Shown: in pieces, positions 28,295 to 40,947 of the stretch
Layout of the letters: each line of letters opens with the position of its first letter
Position numbering within the stretch: position 1 is the stretch's first letter
DNA from: Eledone cirrhosa
Taxonomy: Eukaryota
DNA: 64,000 bases
Direction of reading: 5' to 3'
Assembly (NCBI GenBank): GCA_964016885.1
Contig: OZ024747.1
Span: 56,172,001 to 56,236,000, forward strand
Made by a program: the position numbers and the translations under genes
The notes under the pieces: generated by a model
What the model saw: only the letters and a program-made list of their open reading frames with translations
Told to the model about the DNA's origin: nothing
Database searches by the model: none

Positions 28295-28750
28295 ATTATC
28301 CAATGGACAGATTCTAAAAAATTGACAGATTTGGATTTTTCCGATGATTTGGCATGATTGGGGAACAATATTGGACAAATTCAAACAATGGCAACACAGA
28401 ATAATCTGCAGCAAAACTTTAACTCGGAATTAACAGAGAAACGACCAAAGTGAAGCAAGTTGGCAAGGATATTGCTGAGAAAATGCATATTGAAACACAG
28501 CCAATAGAAGAGGTCAACCATTTCACCTATTTGGGAAGCATAGTTTCCAATGAAGGCCTCAATGAGCTTGATGTAAACTGAAAAATTAGAAAGGTATCAG
28601 GAGTATTTCAGCACATGAGAAGCATTTGGTCATTACAAATAATCTCCACGCCCATCAAACTGCAGCTCTTCAACAACATTATGATCACAGCTTCCATATA
28701 TGCTAGTGAAATTTGGAAAAAGACTGCCAAAATTCTAAAGAAGCTCAACA
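28295..28750 (+). pseudogene. RTE-clade LINE reverse transcriptase fragment
   Basis: IQWTDSKKLTDLDFSDDLA*L..INRETTKV..IEEVNHFTYLGSIVS..IKLQLFN..YASEIW. Confidence 0.85.
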
Positions 28751-30715
28751 AAGAGGTCAAAGAAAAATCCTGAAAACACTCTCACACACGAAAGGGAAAC
28801 AATACTCATCAAATATACTTAAGCCAAAACATACCATCCAACTCAGCCCACTCTCCTCACAACTCGTGGCTACACTAGTGCATAAATAACCCATGGCTCT
28901 GCATAAACAATAGCATCCTCATAAGATTGTACATAATTGGAACAAGCTTGTCTTCAGGCTATCTTACCAATCATTCATAAAAAAGACAAATATTTCACAA
29001 AAATCCAAGCAAGGTGTCTTTTTCTACATGTTTCTTTCCGCAGTGATAAACAGCTCAGAATGTTGGTCACGACACCAAAGATAAATAAGACTACTCAACA
29101 GACATTATTGGTGGTGCTACACAGCACCAAGATTTTAACCATCTAGGCCAGGGATCCCCAAAGAGGATGATGTCAACCCACAGGAGTTGATGGAATTATA
29201 TAGGGGATTCATTGAAATTTTAGGCTAAAACCCTAACATTTCCATGAAAAAAGGAAGGAGCTGATTTTCATAACAGACCAAGAAAATGATGTATACATTG
29301 CTTTTTTTCATTGCTGATACTATCTGCTTGTTGCAACTCCTGGCAGAAGGAACATCATCTTCACTGTTTAGCAGCCATTTTCCATGCTTGCATGGTTAAG
29401 GCAGGTCGTCCACATTGAGAGACAAGTTTGGCCAGAATTGGCCACGCCATACCTTACAGTAAATTTGGCCAGGGATTTGACAGCTGGATGCCCTTCCTAA
29501 CTCCAACCACATTTACAGTGTAGGACTAGAGGGCACTGTTATGAGAAGGGTCAGGCCAGTTGGCCGTGCCAAACCCATCTCACAATGGAACCAATAGTTT
29601 TGGATCCCTGAATTGGATGGCACCGTTATGAGGAGGGACAATGAAATAAATTATTTTGCTCAGACACAATGTACTGCCAGTCCTGGAATGGAACCCCTGA
29701 CCAGACATGTGTCGAACACACTAACCACTAGGCCATGTACCTTCATAAAAGATGAAATTACATAAAATAATCCTGCTTGGCCAATTTTGGTCAGACGTGT
29801 CTCTCAACGTGGATGTCACATATAACCTATGCAAGCATGGAAAATGGATATTATAGATGTTGGTGATGATGATGATGATGAATACAATTTGCAAGTTACA
29901 GATACCTTATTTGTATAAAATTTGACATTATTGTCTGTTTAATTTATAGTCTATTTTATATATATATATATATTATTCATTTATTTTTGTATATATCTGA
30001 GGTCAAAGAACCATCAAGAGTTCCGTGAAAAGGTCAGTGATCAAAGGTATTATGGGATTCTTGACCTAGGCTCAGATTGAACCCCTATTTTCTCTTTCTA
30101 ATTGTAGTATTTCAATGTTCTAACCATTTACTTACCAAAGATGATGGTTGAAGGAAACTATCTAAACATTAGTCTAACAGAAATATAATCAAAAGATGAG
30201 ATTGATGGTCCGTTGCACATAAATGTTGGTAATAACTCATTTGAAAACTACAGACTATTAATCACTTACCTTGTGTGTGTGTGTGGTATCTCTCTCTCTC
30301 TCTCTATGTATATATATATGTATACATGCACACACACACACACACACATATATATATACATACAAATATATATATATACATACAAATATATATATATGCA
30401 TAAGTATATACATATATATATGTGTGTGTATATATATTTATATATGTATATATATATACATATATATATATGTATATATATATATATGTATATATATATG
30501 TATATATATACAATATATATATATATATATGTATATATATATGTATATATATATGTATATATATGTGTATATATATGTATATACATATATATACATACAT
30601 ATATGTATATACATATGTGTGTATATATATATATATACATATATATATGTATATATATACATATATATATACATATATATATACATATATATATACATAT
30701 ATATATACATATGTG

Positions 30716-30773
<58 letters not shown>

Positions 30774-30795
30774 CATATATATATATACATATGTG

Positions 30796-30835
<40 letters not shown>

Positions 30836-30896
30836 CACACATATATATATATACATATATATATATGTATTAACATATATATATATACATATATAT

Positions 30897-30958
<62 letters not shown>

Positions 30959-32407
30959 TCTAATAATAAATGGGTAAAGAGATGATGTGGCTGGGTGACA
31001 GCGTTAGAAATTTGATTATTGTTGTTGACAGAGTAGGTTTCATTTCATTTCATATCTTTTGTTGTTGTTGTTGTCGTCGTTTAGCCCAAGGTCATCCCTG
31101 GTCAAACAGACCTATGATCAAATAAATAGTGCCCTTGACCATCTTGTTCTGTCTGGTTTAAGACAGATTTGGTTACTTTTATCATTGGTCAAGCAACAAT
31201 GTGTAAGTTTTCTCTATGTACAATTCTGTTTCAGAATATAAAAGATGATATATAAACATATATGTGTGTTAGAGTTGTTTCTTTCAAACATGTTATATTA
31301 AAGAAAGAACTGTGTTCAAGCTTGATCTTATTAAAGATTTTTTCATATTTCCTCATTAGTCTTTTATGTTTGGTTTAGAAGAAAGATGTTATTTTTCCAA
31401 ATTATACATAAAAACTAATAATGAAATATGAAAGAGATTAAACCCAAACACAGTACAACACACACTCATATGTCTGTATTAGAGAGTGTTTATTCTTAAG
31501 AATAACATAAAACACTAACTTCAATAAGCCACTCAATACATGTTTATAACATAGTAGATAGAGTATTCTAATTTATTTATATTTGCTGAAAGCTGTGATT
31601 ACTATGTTTGTTTTTAATTTATATTTTCTTTCAGCTTATATATACAAAATGTAGAATTTCTCTGTGATACATAGATAGCATACTTCTGAAGAGTTCCTAT
31701 GAGCTAGCGCACTGTCTGTGATTGTACATGTGATGTTTGCATCTATTTTTCCATACTTTGATTTCTAAATGTTTTTGGATAGTGTGTGTGTTTCTTTTCT
31801 CATAGATGGCTGTTACAGAATGTGCCATTGTGTTGGTGCAGATGGCTTTAACATCTTTTTTCCTGTTAGTCTTATATTACATGATGTGGCATTTTAGGAA
31901 GAAACATTGCTGTAATATACTTGCTTTTTTTATGGTTGGCCTCTGTTTATTGTTTGTGTTGCCATACGGTAATAATATTTGGTGCTGTGACCTCCTTACA
32001 GTGAAACTAATAGTGGGAATAACCCTAGTGAAACTTCTACATTATAGACAGAACGACACTGATACACAAATATAAAAATAAACAAATAACAAATGGTATA
32101 ATTCCCTCTATAGTTTAATCCTTTATCATTTAAACCGGCTCTATCTGGCCAGAATTCTGTCACCTCTTTCTGTTCAAACTGGCTGCAACAAGCTGCTCAT
32201 ACTGACATTAAGATATTGTTCTCAAAATATATAACATCAAAATCTCGTAGATTACATATTATGTGATAATATGTAATATAAGATAAAGCATTTACTACAA
32301 AAATACAATAGTAAATGTAGAGCAATGTAAATACTAGAGGATTAAACGTTCATCCTAATTCTGTCAAAATTTCTATAAACCTTAAAAATAATCTTTTTCC
32401 CACATTT

Positions 32408-32745
32408 ATCATCTTCTTCTTTGCCCACTTATTCCTGAGAGGGTCATGGGGGCAGAGTCCACAAACACTCCTTCCAGTGGATCCTGTAATAAGCAGCTGT
32501 TTCCAACTGATCCAGCTGGATCTCCACGTGAGACTAGCTAAATTAATGGATGTTATCCAACCATCTTGCTCGGTGTCTACCCCTGGGTCTCCTAGGGGTT
32601 GGTTTTGCCAAAAAAATCTGTCCAGCGATTCTTTCCTGTGATATTCTAACCATATGCCCATAATATCAGAGTCATGATCATAAGATCCTTAACTAAATAG
32701 CTTTAAGATGAGCTTCAGTTTAACCAAATACTTTTCTGCTTCCAT
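32408..32745 (-). mobile_element. RTE-like LINE 3' end with a (GAA)n tail (also at 33170-33365 +, 47683-47928 +, 55958-56245 +)
   Basis: YYGHMVRISQERIAGQI..RRPRGR..RWLDNI..DRTHWRECL pattern, ending ggaataagtggg-(GAA)n in all copies. Confidence 0.8.
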
Positions 32746-33399
32746 AACCAGTACAAACAGCCGAATATTTTCCAATCACAACTTACACGACTCTTCTGCT
32801 CTACGGTATTGAAACAATCGTAATATCTGGCCTCTCAATAACTTATATGTTTGCTTTACCAAACTGAGGTCTGAAAGATAACAGTAAAACAAAAAGATAT
32901 ATATAAGGCTTACTGAAAATCATTTTAAAAGAAGATTCTCACAAAATATGTATTCATTCAGGCACTCTTAATCTTCAACACCATGTCATTATCCATATAT
33001 ATTTCGAGTTTAAAGAACAAAAATATTATTTGTAAAATCAATTAGTCTATTATAAAACATGTGTACCTTTACATTAATGGTTACATAAGGTGCAATTTTA
33101 GTCATTTAAAGTACTATAACATCCTTTTGTCATTTTGAACAAAAGTTCAGAGATTTGCTACTTCTCTGAATTGAGAGATCACAGCTCCAATACTATGGGC
33201 ATATGGTTAGAATGTCTCAGGAAAGAATTGCTGGATAGATTTTTGCTGGATGGAGTGTCTGAGGACTCTGCATCCACAACCCTTGCAGAAATAAGTGGGT
33301 GAAGAAGAAGAAGAAGAAGAAGAAGAAGAAGAAGAAGAAGAAGAAGAAGAAGAAGAAGAAGAAGAAAAAAAGAAAAAGAAAAAGAAAAATAAGAAGAAG

Positions 33400-33685
33400 A
33401 AGTGGGAGGTAAAAAGGATTTGGATTTGGAACTGCCATGAAGTCAAAGTGGTCTCGATTGTCATAGGCGCACAAGGTACTATCTCAAAAAGTTCCCAGGG
33501 ATGGTTAAAGAAAATTGGTCCCTTCACGCTTTTTGGAACGCTTCAAAAGGCATGCTTGCTGGGAACAGCAAGAACCTCCGATACGTCCTGAATATCTGAG
33601 GCTGCAGGTAGAGGCTTGATATTCATTTCAACAAACTTTCCAGTTAATTAACATCAATGACTGAGACTCAAAGAACAATAATAAA

Positions 33686-33718
<33 letters not shown>
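33400..33718 (+). mobile_element. 3' fragment of a second R4/Dong-like family with a (TAA)n tail
   Basis: WEVKRIW..VKVVSIVIGAQGTISK..LQKACLLGTAR, followed by a short UTR and (TAA)n. Confidence 0.78.
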
Positions 33719-33719
<1 letters not shown>

Positions 33720-34033
33720 TTTTCTTTATTAACCACAAGGGTTTACATAAAGTAGACATTAAGGACAGTACAGGACAATACAGGACAGTACAAATGGGCA
33801 TTTCTGCATGTAAAAAAAACAGTGGATGTAATAAAATAACAAAGAAAGATTCCCCAATAGGGGGGAGACTTCCGAGGGACATTTGTGGAGAAAGCCCATT
33901 AAAAGACCACAGTGACCCTGACCACCAGGGCAAGTGCCCTCTCCCAGTTTTCCACCTTTAATTTACAGACACATACTCAGAGTAGGCCCATTCACTCGGG
34001 CCATACTTGCCTCTCTCACCCATCTTTCAACAA
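33719..34033 (-). mobile_element. 3' end of an L1/Tx1-like non-LTR element
   Basis: Minus strand reads FVERWVREASMARVNGPTLSMCL*, then a UTR ending aataaagaaaaac-(ATT)n. Confidence 0.5.
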
Positions 34034-36065
34034 ATAATAATAATAGACACAAAAATCTATCAATTGCTTGGATAGATTATAAAAAAGCATTCGATAGTTT
34101 GCCACACAGTTGGATTGAAAAATGTTTAGAGATTTTCAAAATATCTCCCGTTGTCAGGAGGTTTTTGTCATTCAGTATGAAGACATGGAAAACGACACTC
34201 CTTTTGAATAGTGAAACAAAATCACTGGAAGCTGGAGAAGTTAATATTAATTGTGAAATTTTTCAGGGTGACTCTTTATCACCGCTTTTATTCAATATCG
34301 CACTTATACCATTAAGTAAAATGCTCAATGAAACAAAGCATGGATATAAAGTCTATGACAAAACCATTAATCACTTGTTCTACATGGATGACCTGAAACT
34401 ATTTTCAGAAAATGATGAACAATTGCAAGGGCTATTATCCACTGTGGAGCATTTCAGTGATGATATTAAAATGGAGTTTGGACTAGATAAATGCGCCAAA
34501 GCAACGTTCACCAGAGGAAAGCTGCTGAAGAGTTCAGATATTAATCTTGATCGGGGGAATGTGATAAGAGAACTTGATCAAGAGGAAACTTACAAATATC
34601 TAGGTGTTTGTGAAGGAGACGGAATCAAGCACTCGACAATGAGGGAAAGGATAAGGAAGGAATGTTACCGCAGAGTAAGAGCAATCTTAAGAACGGAATT
34701 GAATGCAAGGAATAGGATCGATGCCATAAACACGCTTGCCATACCAGTAGTAACCTACAGTTACAATGTCATCAACTGGTCAAGTACAGAGATCCGTAGG
34801 CTCGATACAAAAATTCGAAAATTCTTAACCATGCACAGAATGCATCACCCTAAGGCAGATACAGATAGAATATATCTCCCTAGGAAAGAAGGAGGACATG
34901 GGTTAATCCAGTTAGACATTGCGTTGAAAACTGCAACAATTGGATTATCTACATATCTAAGGGAATCACATGATTGGATGATCAAACTCGTTTTGAAACA
35001 CGAAAGCATCAAAAGATCATACTCCATTACAAAAGATGCACAAAGATACAGTAATGGACTACAAATTTCAGAAGTTCCATTTACTGCTGAAATGCAAAAC
35101 ACAGAAAAAGCAAAGCAGGTAAAAGTAACTGCAAAGAAAGAACTGCTACAGAAACTGGCTAAGAAATGGCAAGAAAAGCCTCTGTATGGAAAATACCCAG
35201 AACAAGCTAACAATCCTGATGTTGACAAAACTTTAACCCATCAGTGGTTGGCATCCTCTGGACTGAAATCGGAGACTGAAGGACTGATTATATCAGCACA
35301 AGATCAGTGTCTGCCAACAAAAAATTACCAAGCCAACATAATAAAAAATGGATGCAGCCCATTATGCCGTGTATGTAAAAAACAACCAGAGACCATTGAC
35401 CATATAATTTCTGAATACCTAAACAGGCATGACAGAGCTGCACAATACATACATTGGATAATGTGTAAGCATTTTGACCTGCCCCATCAAAAGAATTGGT
35501 GGGAGCATCAACCACCTCCCATACTTGAAAAAGATCACATCGCAATCTTGTGGAACTTTAGCATCCAAACAGACCGAAAAATAGATGCAAATAGACCTGA
35601 TATAATATTGAAGGACTTTAAAAAGAGGGTATGCCTGCTAATTGATATGTCCGTTCCAATAGACAAGAATGTATCTATAAAAACATTTGAAAAGTTGAGC
35701 AAGTATAAGGACCTGGAGATAGAAATTGGAAAAATGTGGAAATTGAGAACTAAAACAATACCAGTGGTTGTAGGCGCTCTAGGAATGATACCTAAGGGGT
35801 CTAATGATTACTTATCGCAAATCCCAGGAAACCCGCGTATAGGAGAAATACAAAAGATAGTACTAATGGGAACTGCCCATATACTAAGGAAGATTCTGTC
35901 AATATAAGCACATCACAAGTCTAAACACCTAAAGATGCATGTGTGAGTATGTATGTTCTTTCTTGAACATGGCGGACCTTGTTGTCTCTTGAGGTCACTG
36001 GTTGTGACTTGGTGATAACTCATACGAACATAAAGCAAGATAAATGCAGCTATAATAATAATAAT
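34034..36065 (+). mobile_element. R4/Dong-type non-LTR element inserted in (TAA)n
   Basis: (AAT)n lies immediately 5' (34033-34044) and 3' (36052-36065), with a ~145-nt 3' UTR. This matches the known TAA-repeat targeting of Dong. Confidence 0.88.
34045..35907 (+). CDS. 5'-truncated ORF of an R4/Dong-clade non-LTR retrotransposon (RT, zinc knuckle, restriction-like endonuclease)
   Basis: IAWIDYKKAFDS, IFQGDSLSPLLF, HLFYMDDLKL, YKYLG, CRVC..ETIDH, RHD, RPDI, KYKDL, IPVVVGALG. The frame is open for about 620 aa with no true start codon. Confidence 0.93.
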   Translation, partial: RHKNLSIAWIDYKKAFDSLPHSWIEKCLEIFKISPVVRRFLSFSMKTWKTTLLLNSETKSLEAGEVNINCEIFQGDSLSPLLFNIALIPLSKMLNETKHGYKVYDKTINHLFYMDDLKLFSENDEQLQGLLSTVEHFSDDIKMEFGLDKCAKATFTRGKLLKSSDINLDRGNVIRELDQEETYKYLGVCEGDGIKHSTMRERIRKECYRRVRAILRTELNARNRIDAINTLAIPVVTYSYNVINWSSTEIRRLDTKIRKFLTMHRMHHPKADTDRIYLPRKEGGHGLIQLDIALKTATIGLSTYLRESHDWMIKLVLKHESIKRSYSITKDAQRYSNGLQISEVPFTAEMQNTEKAKQVKVTAKKELLQKLAKKWQEKPLYGKYPEQANNPDVDKTLTHQWLASSGLKSETEGLIISAQDQCLPTKNYQANIIKNGCSPLCRVCKKQPETIDHIISEYLNRHDRAAQYIHWIMCKHFDLPHQKNWWEHQPPPILEKDHIAILWNFSIQTDRKIDANRPDIILKDFKKRVCLLIDMSVPIDKNVSIKTFEKLSKYKDLEIEIGKMWKLRTKTIPVVVGALGMIPKGSNDYLSQIPGNPRIGEIQKIVLMGTAHILRKILSI

Positions 36066-36629
36066 GTTCAGATATTTCCATTGATATCTACTCAGGAATT
36101 TCCAAATATCAAGTGTCTATAACAATTTATTTCTCAAACAAAGATCATGTCATATGCTGAAAGACAGTCAAAACTAGAAACAGATGCTCAGTTATTCATC
36201 AGCAATAAAACTGCATTAACAATAGCCATCTTTATTATTTCAGTGTAGTTTACAAAAATGATATTGTTAACATAAAAATATCAGGTGTTTTTATATGGGT
36301 AATGTTCCATACAAGACAATTGAAAAGACAACGTTGTGCTCAATTATCATTCTTTATTTTTATATTTGTGTCTGCCAGTCAAGTTATGATGGTTGATCCT
36401 ATTTCATTGTGTTTACAAATATGTATATGTATTTTATCTTGCTGCCTCATTATTACAATCTTCTTAATGATAAACAACATGAAAATAAGAGTAATAATAC
36501 AAAGAGCTTTAGCTTAAAATAAAATACACTTATATATATATATGTAAATCAGGATGTATTCAGTTTGAAACTGGTTAGACCATTACTATATATAAATATA
36601 GTAATGGTTATATCAGAATATGTGTATAG

Positions 36630-37565
36630 GTGTTTCCATGTGTCCAGGTCACTCAACCGGTTTAGGTTAGACACCAGCTTCCTAATAAAATGTGCCTCCA
36701 CTATTCATAGTTCTACCATATCTCTTAGCTCCACAAATATTTTTGTGGTTATGCCTCTTCCATATATTTCATTGTGTTGAATCACTGCACCTGGTGGCAT
36801 CACTTTTTGAAAATGTTCTTGTATTCTATTATGCAGCTGTTGTTTCATGGAACATATGTAGTTGGCTCTATATATGCAGTTCAACACATACACTACATGA
36901 TGACTCAGGCATATTGGTTTTGTATTGTTGTTGTTGTTGCTAATTCCTGTGCTAGAGTTTTCTCTGACAGGGCATCTCTGAAGGTAGCAGTTATCTTCTT
37001 GGTGCTCTACACGAGTTGTTATCTGAAGTTCTCCCATAGCTTTTTGCTTACACTGGGAAGCCTGATCTTACAATACAGTTTCTCAGACAATTTTCTGTCT
37101 GTTCCCTTTCGTAAGGCAGATCTATGTAGACCCAGGTGTTGTCTTCATTCTCTTATTTCTTTCTTCTTTTACCATTGTTGTCTGCAATTGGCTGTGGTTG
37201 GTGCTGTCATGTAGTTTCTGTGACTGTCTTTGTGTTCTCTTACATTTCTGACAATGTTTCTAACAAAGTGTTGTGCATAGCCTCTCTTTAACACCAGTTT
37301 CTGAAAATTCTTTAGCATGGATCTTCCTTAGGTGGCCTTGTTGCATCTGTCTATGCGACATATAAATTCATTCCTAGTGACGTGATGTTTTAGGCTTTGT
37401 GATATGCTGAGACTAGGTAGAGGAAGACATCTCTGATGGTTTCTTTCTCATAGTAGCTGATGTTGGCCTTTCCTGAAACTAGGGATAGAGTAAAGATCAG
37501 CAGACTTAGGGAACCATTGACTGTTGAGTGTTTGACGTTGAACTTGATGGTGTTGTGAAGTTCAT
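36630..37565 (-). pseudogene. Degenerate Penelope-like element: RT thumb and GIY-YIG endonuclease
   Basis: Minus strand reads HNTIKFNV..SLSLLIFTL..YYEKET..KRGY, then HVVYVLNCIYRANYICS..LHNRIQEH..IVEAHFIRKLVSNLN. Confidence 0.72.
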
Positions 37566-37936
37566 TAAATATTTTATATATTTCCTCCCAAAATACAACC
37601 CACTACGCATACAAACATTTAGCTTGAGTTACACCAATGTATTGAATATATATACAATGGCATGCCTGAGCACAAACGTAGTGCCCCAGCATAGCCTCAA
37701 CCTGTCAGCTGGAACACATAATAGAGTAATATATATATATGCATGCATGCATATACATACTGTTGACAGGTACATGTACTTTCTTTTAGCCATATGTATT
37801 TATTCACATACACACACATATATATATATAAATATAAATATATATATATGTGTGTGTATGTGTAGAAATATATGTGGCTAAAAGAAATTACATGCTGATT
37901 TCTTCCAAATGAAACAGTTTTAGTCCTGTAGAAGCC

Positions 37937-37998
<62 letters not shown>

Positions 37999-38039
37999 AT
38001 AATATTAACAAATGGAAACTATCTTTATAAAACCATATT

Positions 38040-38100
38040 TATTTTATTATATATATTTCAAGTGTACCAAAATTTTGGCACACTCTCATCAGATAAAATA
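38040..38100 (-). ncRNA. Minimal type I hammerhead ribozyme, intact
   Basis: tattttat-CTGATGA-gagtgtgccaaaattttggtacactt-GAAA-TATATA-TA^-ataaaata. Stem II differs in sequence from the 25247 copy but keeps its pairing. Confidence 0.85.
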
Positions 38101-38394
38101 CAAAAGTTGTTTTACAGATAGTGACATATCCCAAAACAAGAACTTATCGTTTTAAGTTTTGTTTGAATAGTGAACAAATTTCAAATCTTAGGATGAATAT
38201 GTTAATGAGCCTGACATAAAGTTGAAAAAGATCGTTATATTTGGATGTGAGGTAAATTTAAATAATTATTAGTATTATTTTTTAAGGGAAGAAGAGAAAG
38301 AGGTTAATATTAATATTAGGGTGTAAGAAAATTTAAGGAAATAATATAAGCAAAAAGTATATTAGAGTTAGAAATAGACTATTATTATTAATAT

Positions 38395-38714
38395 ATGGCT
38401 TAGTGGTTAGAGCATTGGCCTTGCAATCGAAAGGTTGTGAGTTCAATTCTCAGACCGGGTGATGTGTTGTTTCCTTGAGCAAGACACTTTATTTCACATT
38501 GTTCCAGTTTACTTAGCTGTAGAAATGATAGGGACCCCAGTCCCTATCATTCCACTCCAAAGTGGTCGTGGAGGTGCCACGGCAAATAAGCAGCCAGCAC
38601 TCACTGTAAATGAGGTTGGTGTTAGGAAGGGCATCCAGCTGTAGAAATCAAGCCAGAATCAGTTCCCGTCCCACCCTTGCAAGCAGGGAAAAGTGGACGT
38701 AAAATGATGATGAT
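38395..38714 (+). mobile_element. SINE family A, nested in a PLE 3' UTR
   Basis: Homologous to 13611-13948. Confidence 0.9.
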
Positions 38715-38737
38715 CATCATCATCATCATATGGTGTA

Positions 38738-38920
38738 TTGGCAGTGTCGGTAGAAGGTCGGACGCCATGCTTTGACGCATAGAGTTACGGCCCTTGCCAT
38801 TCTGTGTTCAAATCCCGCCGAGGTTAACTTTGCCTTTCATCCTTACGGGGTTGATAAAATAAAGTACCAGTAATGCACTGGTTAATTGCTGGCCTTGTGC
38901 CAAAAGTAGAAACAATTATT
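38738..38920 (+). mobile_element. SINE family B
   Basis: Homologous to 27536-27715. Confidence 0.88.
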
Positions 38921-40446
38921 AATATATAATTGTATGGATCGTATTAGTGATGGTGTAAAGAGAGTGAAATAATTATATTTATTTATTTAATTATATAATT
39001 ATATATTTTGGGAGTATCTATAATATAATATGAGAATTATAAATGCGTTGAAGTGGTAGAATATTAATTTTAAAATGTGAGAGATACTACTGATAATTGG
39101 GTCTATTCTAATAGTGGGTTTTAATATTATAGGGATAATATTTATAGGTATATTTTATGAAGAATTAGGGTTGTAAGTATATTTTATTTTATTTAAGTAC
39201 AGGTTATTTATATAAATAATTTTGGTGAGTATATATGTTGTTTTTATTAATAGATAGATAATTTAAATATTTTTTATATGTGAAGAGTTACGATGAATTT
39301 CTTGTTTACATTTTCAATATATGTTTTAAGAAAGAGGAAGTAGTTCTATTTTATTATAGAAGATTATTTTGCACATACAATAGTTGCATCAAGATAGGAA
39401 TATATTTAAGAAATTATACAAAAAAATGTTAATATTTATTTAAAGTTTAGTTGTTAATTAGGAAAAAATGTGTAAGCATGTTACATTATAAAGGAAAAGA
39501 TAACTCCAATATTTCTTAGTTAAAATAGTTAAGTTATATTTATCGTTTATTCTAGAATTTACTTTAAAAAAATATTCTAATTAAGATATATGTAAAAAAA
39601 TTATATATTATTTTATATACGATTTTATAGTATCATATATTACATATTTTTTAAGATAAAAATTATTTTATATATGTATTTAGATAACATTCCTTATATC
39701 TATACATATGTTAATGATATTAAGCATTTATATGTATGGATTTGCAATGTCTATATAGTCTATTAGGAAGAAATACTACAAACATCAAAAGTATATTTAA
39801 AAACATCATTAAAACGATCACAAAAAGATATATTTCAAAATATCATTTAAAAGATCATCACAAAACATCAACAAAGCATAGTGAAGACATATAAAATGTA
39901 AACAGGTGAGATATAGAGGTTATAAATAATATTTTCTATAGATTATAGATACTTCTGAAAGTCTTAGATTGATGATGTTTGCAAGAGTTGAATAATTCTT
40001 TCTTTTTATTTATAGAATTATTTTGATTGGTAACTATATGAAATATTTCCTCAATACATAAATGACAAATTCCTGAGAGAGCCATATTCTGGTATGCGGG
40101 CGCTTTCGGGAATTGTTCTCCAAGAGATTGAATAGTTGATATTATTGTCTTTTAAGTACCAAATTAGATGTGAAAGTGATGGTGAAAATTGTTTGTCTGA
40201 TCTATTAAATGTATGTTTGTGATTATACCATGGTTTTATAAAGATAGTTTCCATTTATTAATATTATTGATATTACACTCCAGAAGAATCTTGTAGAGTG
40301 CTTCGAATCTGTTATAAATAAATTTGTTGAATAACCAAAAATTTAAACAACGCTTTGTTTATATATATATATATATATTGAAGTTTCCGTTGAAAATTGG
40401 AAAAGTCAGAGGAATGAAGAGTGCTCTATGTAATTTACAGAGCTAA

Positions 40447-40679
40447 ATATTTAATGTATAATAAACAATACAGTATAATTACCTCATTACCAGAGGTTTC
40501 CCGAATAAGACGAATACAAGAAATGTCCGCATTCGTTCGTCAGACAAGGCGATATAAAACATCTTGTTTTAAATTGCCTTGTCTGATGAACGAATGCGGA
40601 CATTTCTTGTATTCGTCTTATTCGGGAAACCTCTGGTAATGAGGTAATTATACTGTATTGTTTATTATACATTAAATAT
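40447..40679. repeat. Near-perfect ~233-bp hairpin with a hammerhead motif in both arms
   Basis: Arms of ~115 bp with a loop of a few nt (aaaaca-tct-tgtttt). (TA)n is on the right and an extra tail (40378-40446) on the left. Confidence 0.93.
40577..40644 (+). ncRNA. Type I hammerhead ribozyme motif (mirror copy with CTGACGA at 40482-40549, minus strand)
   Basis: ccttgt-CTGATGA-acgaatgcggacatttcttgtattcgtcttattcgg-GAAACC-tct-GGTA^-atgagg. Stem I has 6 bp including G-U pairs; the stem II register is ambiguous. Confidence 0.68.
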
Positions 40680-40691
40680 ATATATATATAT

Positions 40692-40947
40692 CATCATCAT
40701 CATCATCATCATCAGGTTTAGCGTCCGTGTTCCACGCTTGCATGGGTTTGGACGGGGGTTTTCCCACTTGAGGCAAGAGTGGTTGTCTTGCTCGCATAGG
40801 ACTGTCTGGCGGGTTTTCTACAGCTGGATGCCCTTCCTAACACCAACCACATTTACAGTGTGGGGCTGGGAGGTTTTTACCGTGTTGCCTACACGGCCAC
40901 ATTACAGCGTGGACTGTCTGGCGGATTTTCTACAGCTGGATGCCCTT
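40692..40947 (-). mobile_element. SINE 3' half, family A variant tail (also at 3025-3280 +, 43720-43982 -, 49205-49497 -)
   Basis: Shared ggaagggcatccagctgtagaaa block, RTE-type tail and (GAT)n. Confidence 0.78.

Larger units (their letters stand above)
37997..40350 (-). mobile_element. 5'-truncated Naiad-type PLE (GIY-YIG C-terminus, long AT-rich 3' UTR, hammerhead) with an inverted tail piece, interrupted by two SINEs
   Basis: Minus strand 40230-39950 encodes WYNHKHTFNRSDKQFSPSLSHLIWYLKDNNINYSISW, homologous to 23825-23935. The terminus at 38000-38100 is homologous to 21230-21330. 40231-40350 is the inverted tail. Confidence 0.85.

Noticed and set aside
31806-32075. Hydrophobic 89-aa ORF after an acceptor-like site
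   Set aside because: No recognisable homology; hydrophobicity is expected from T-rich sequence.
33934-34044. N-terminal 37 aa of the 657-aa ORF
   Set aside because: Derived from the antisense Tx1-like fragment and the (AAT)n tract, with no ATG. RT homology starts at about 34045.
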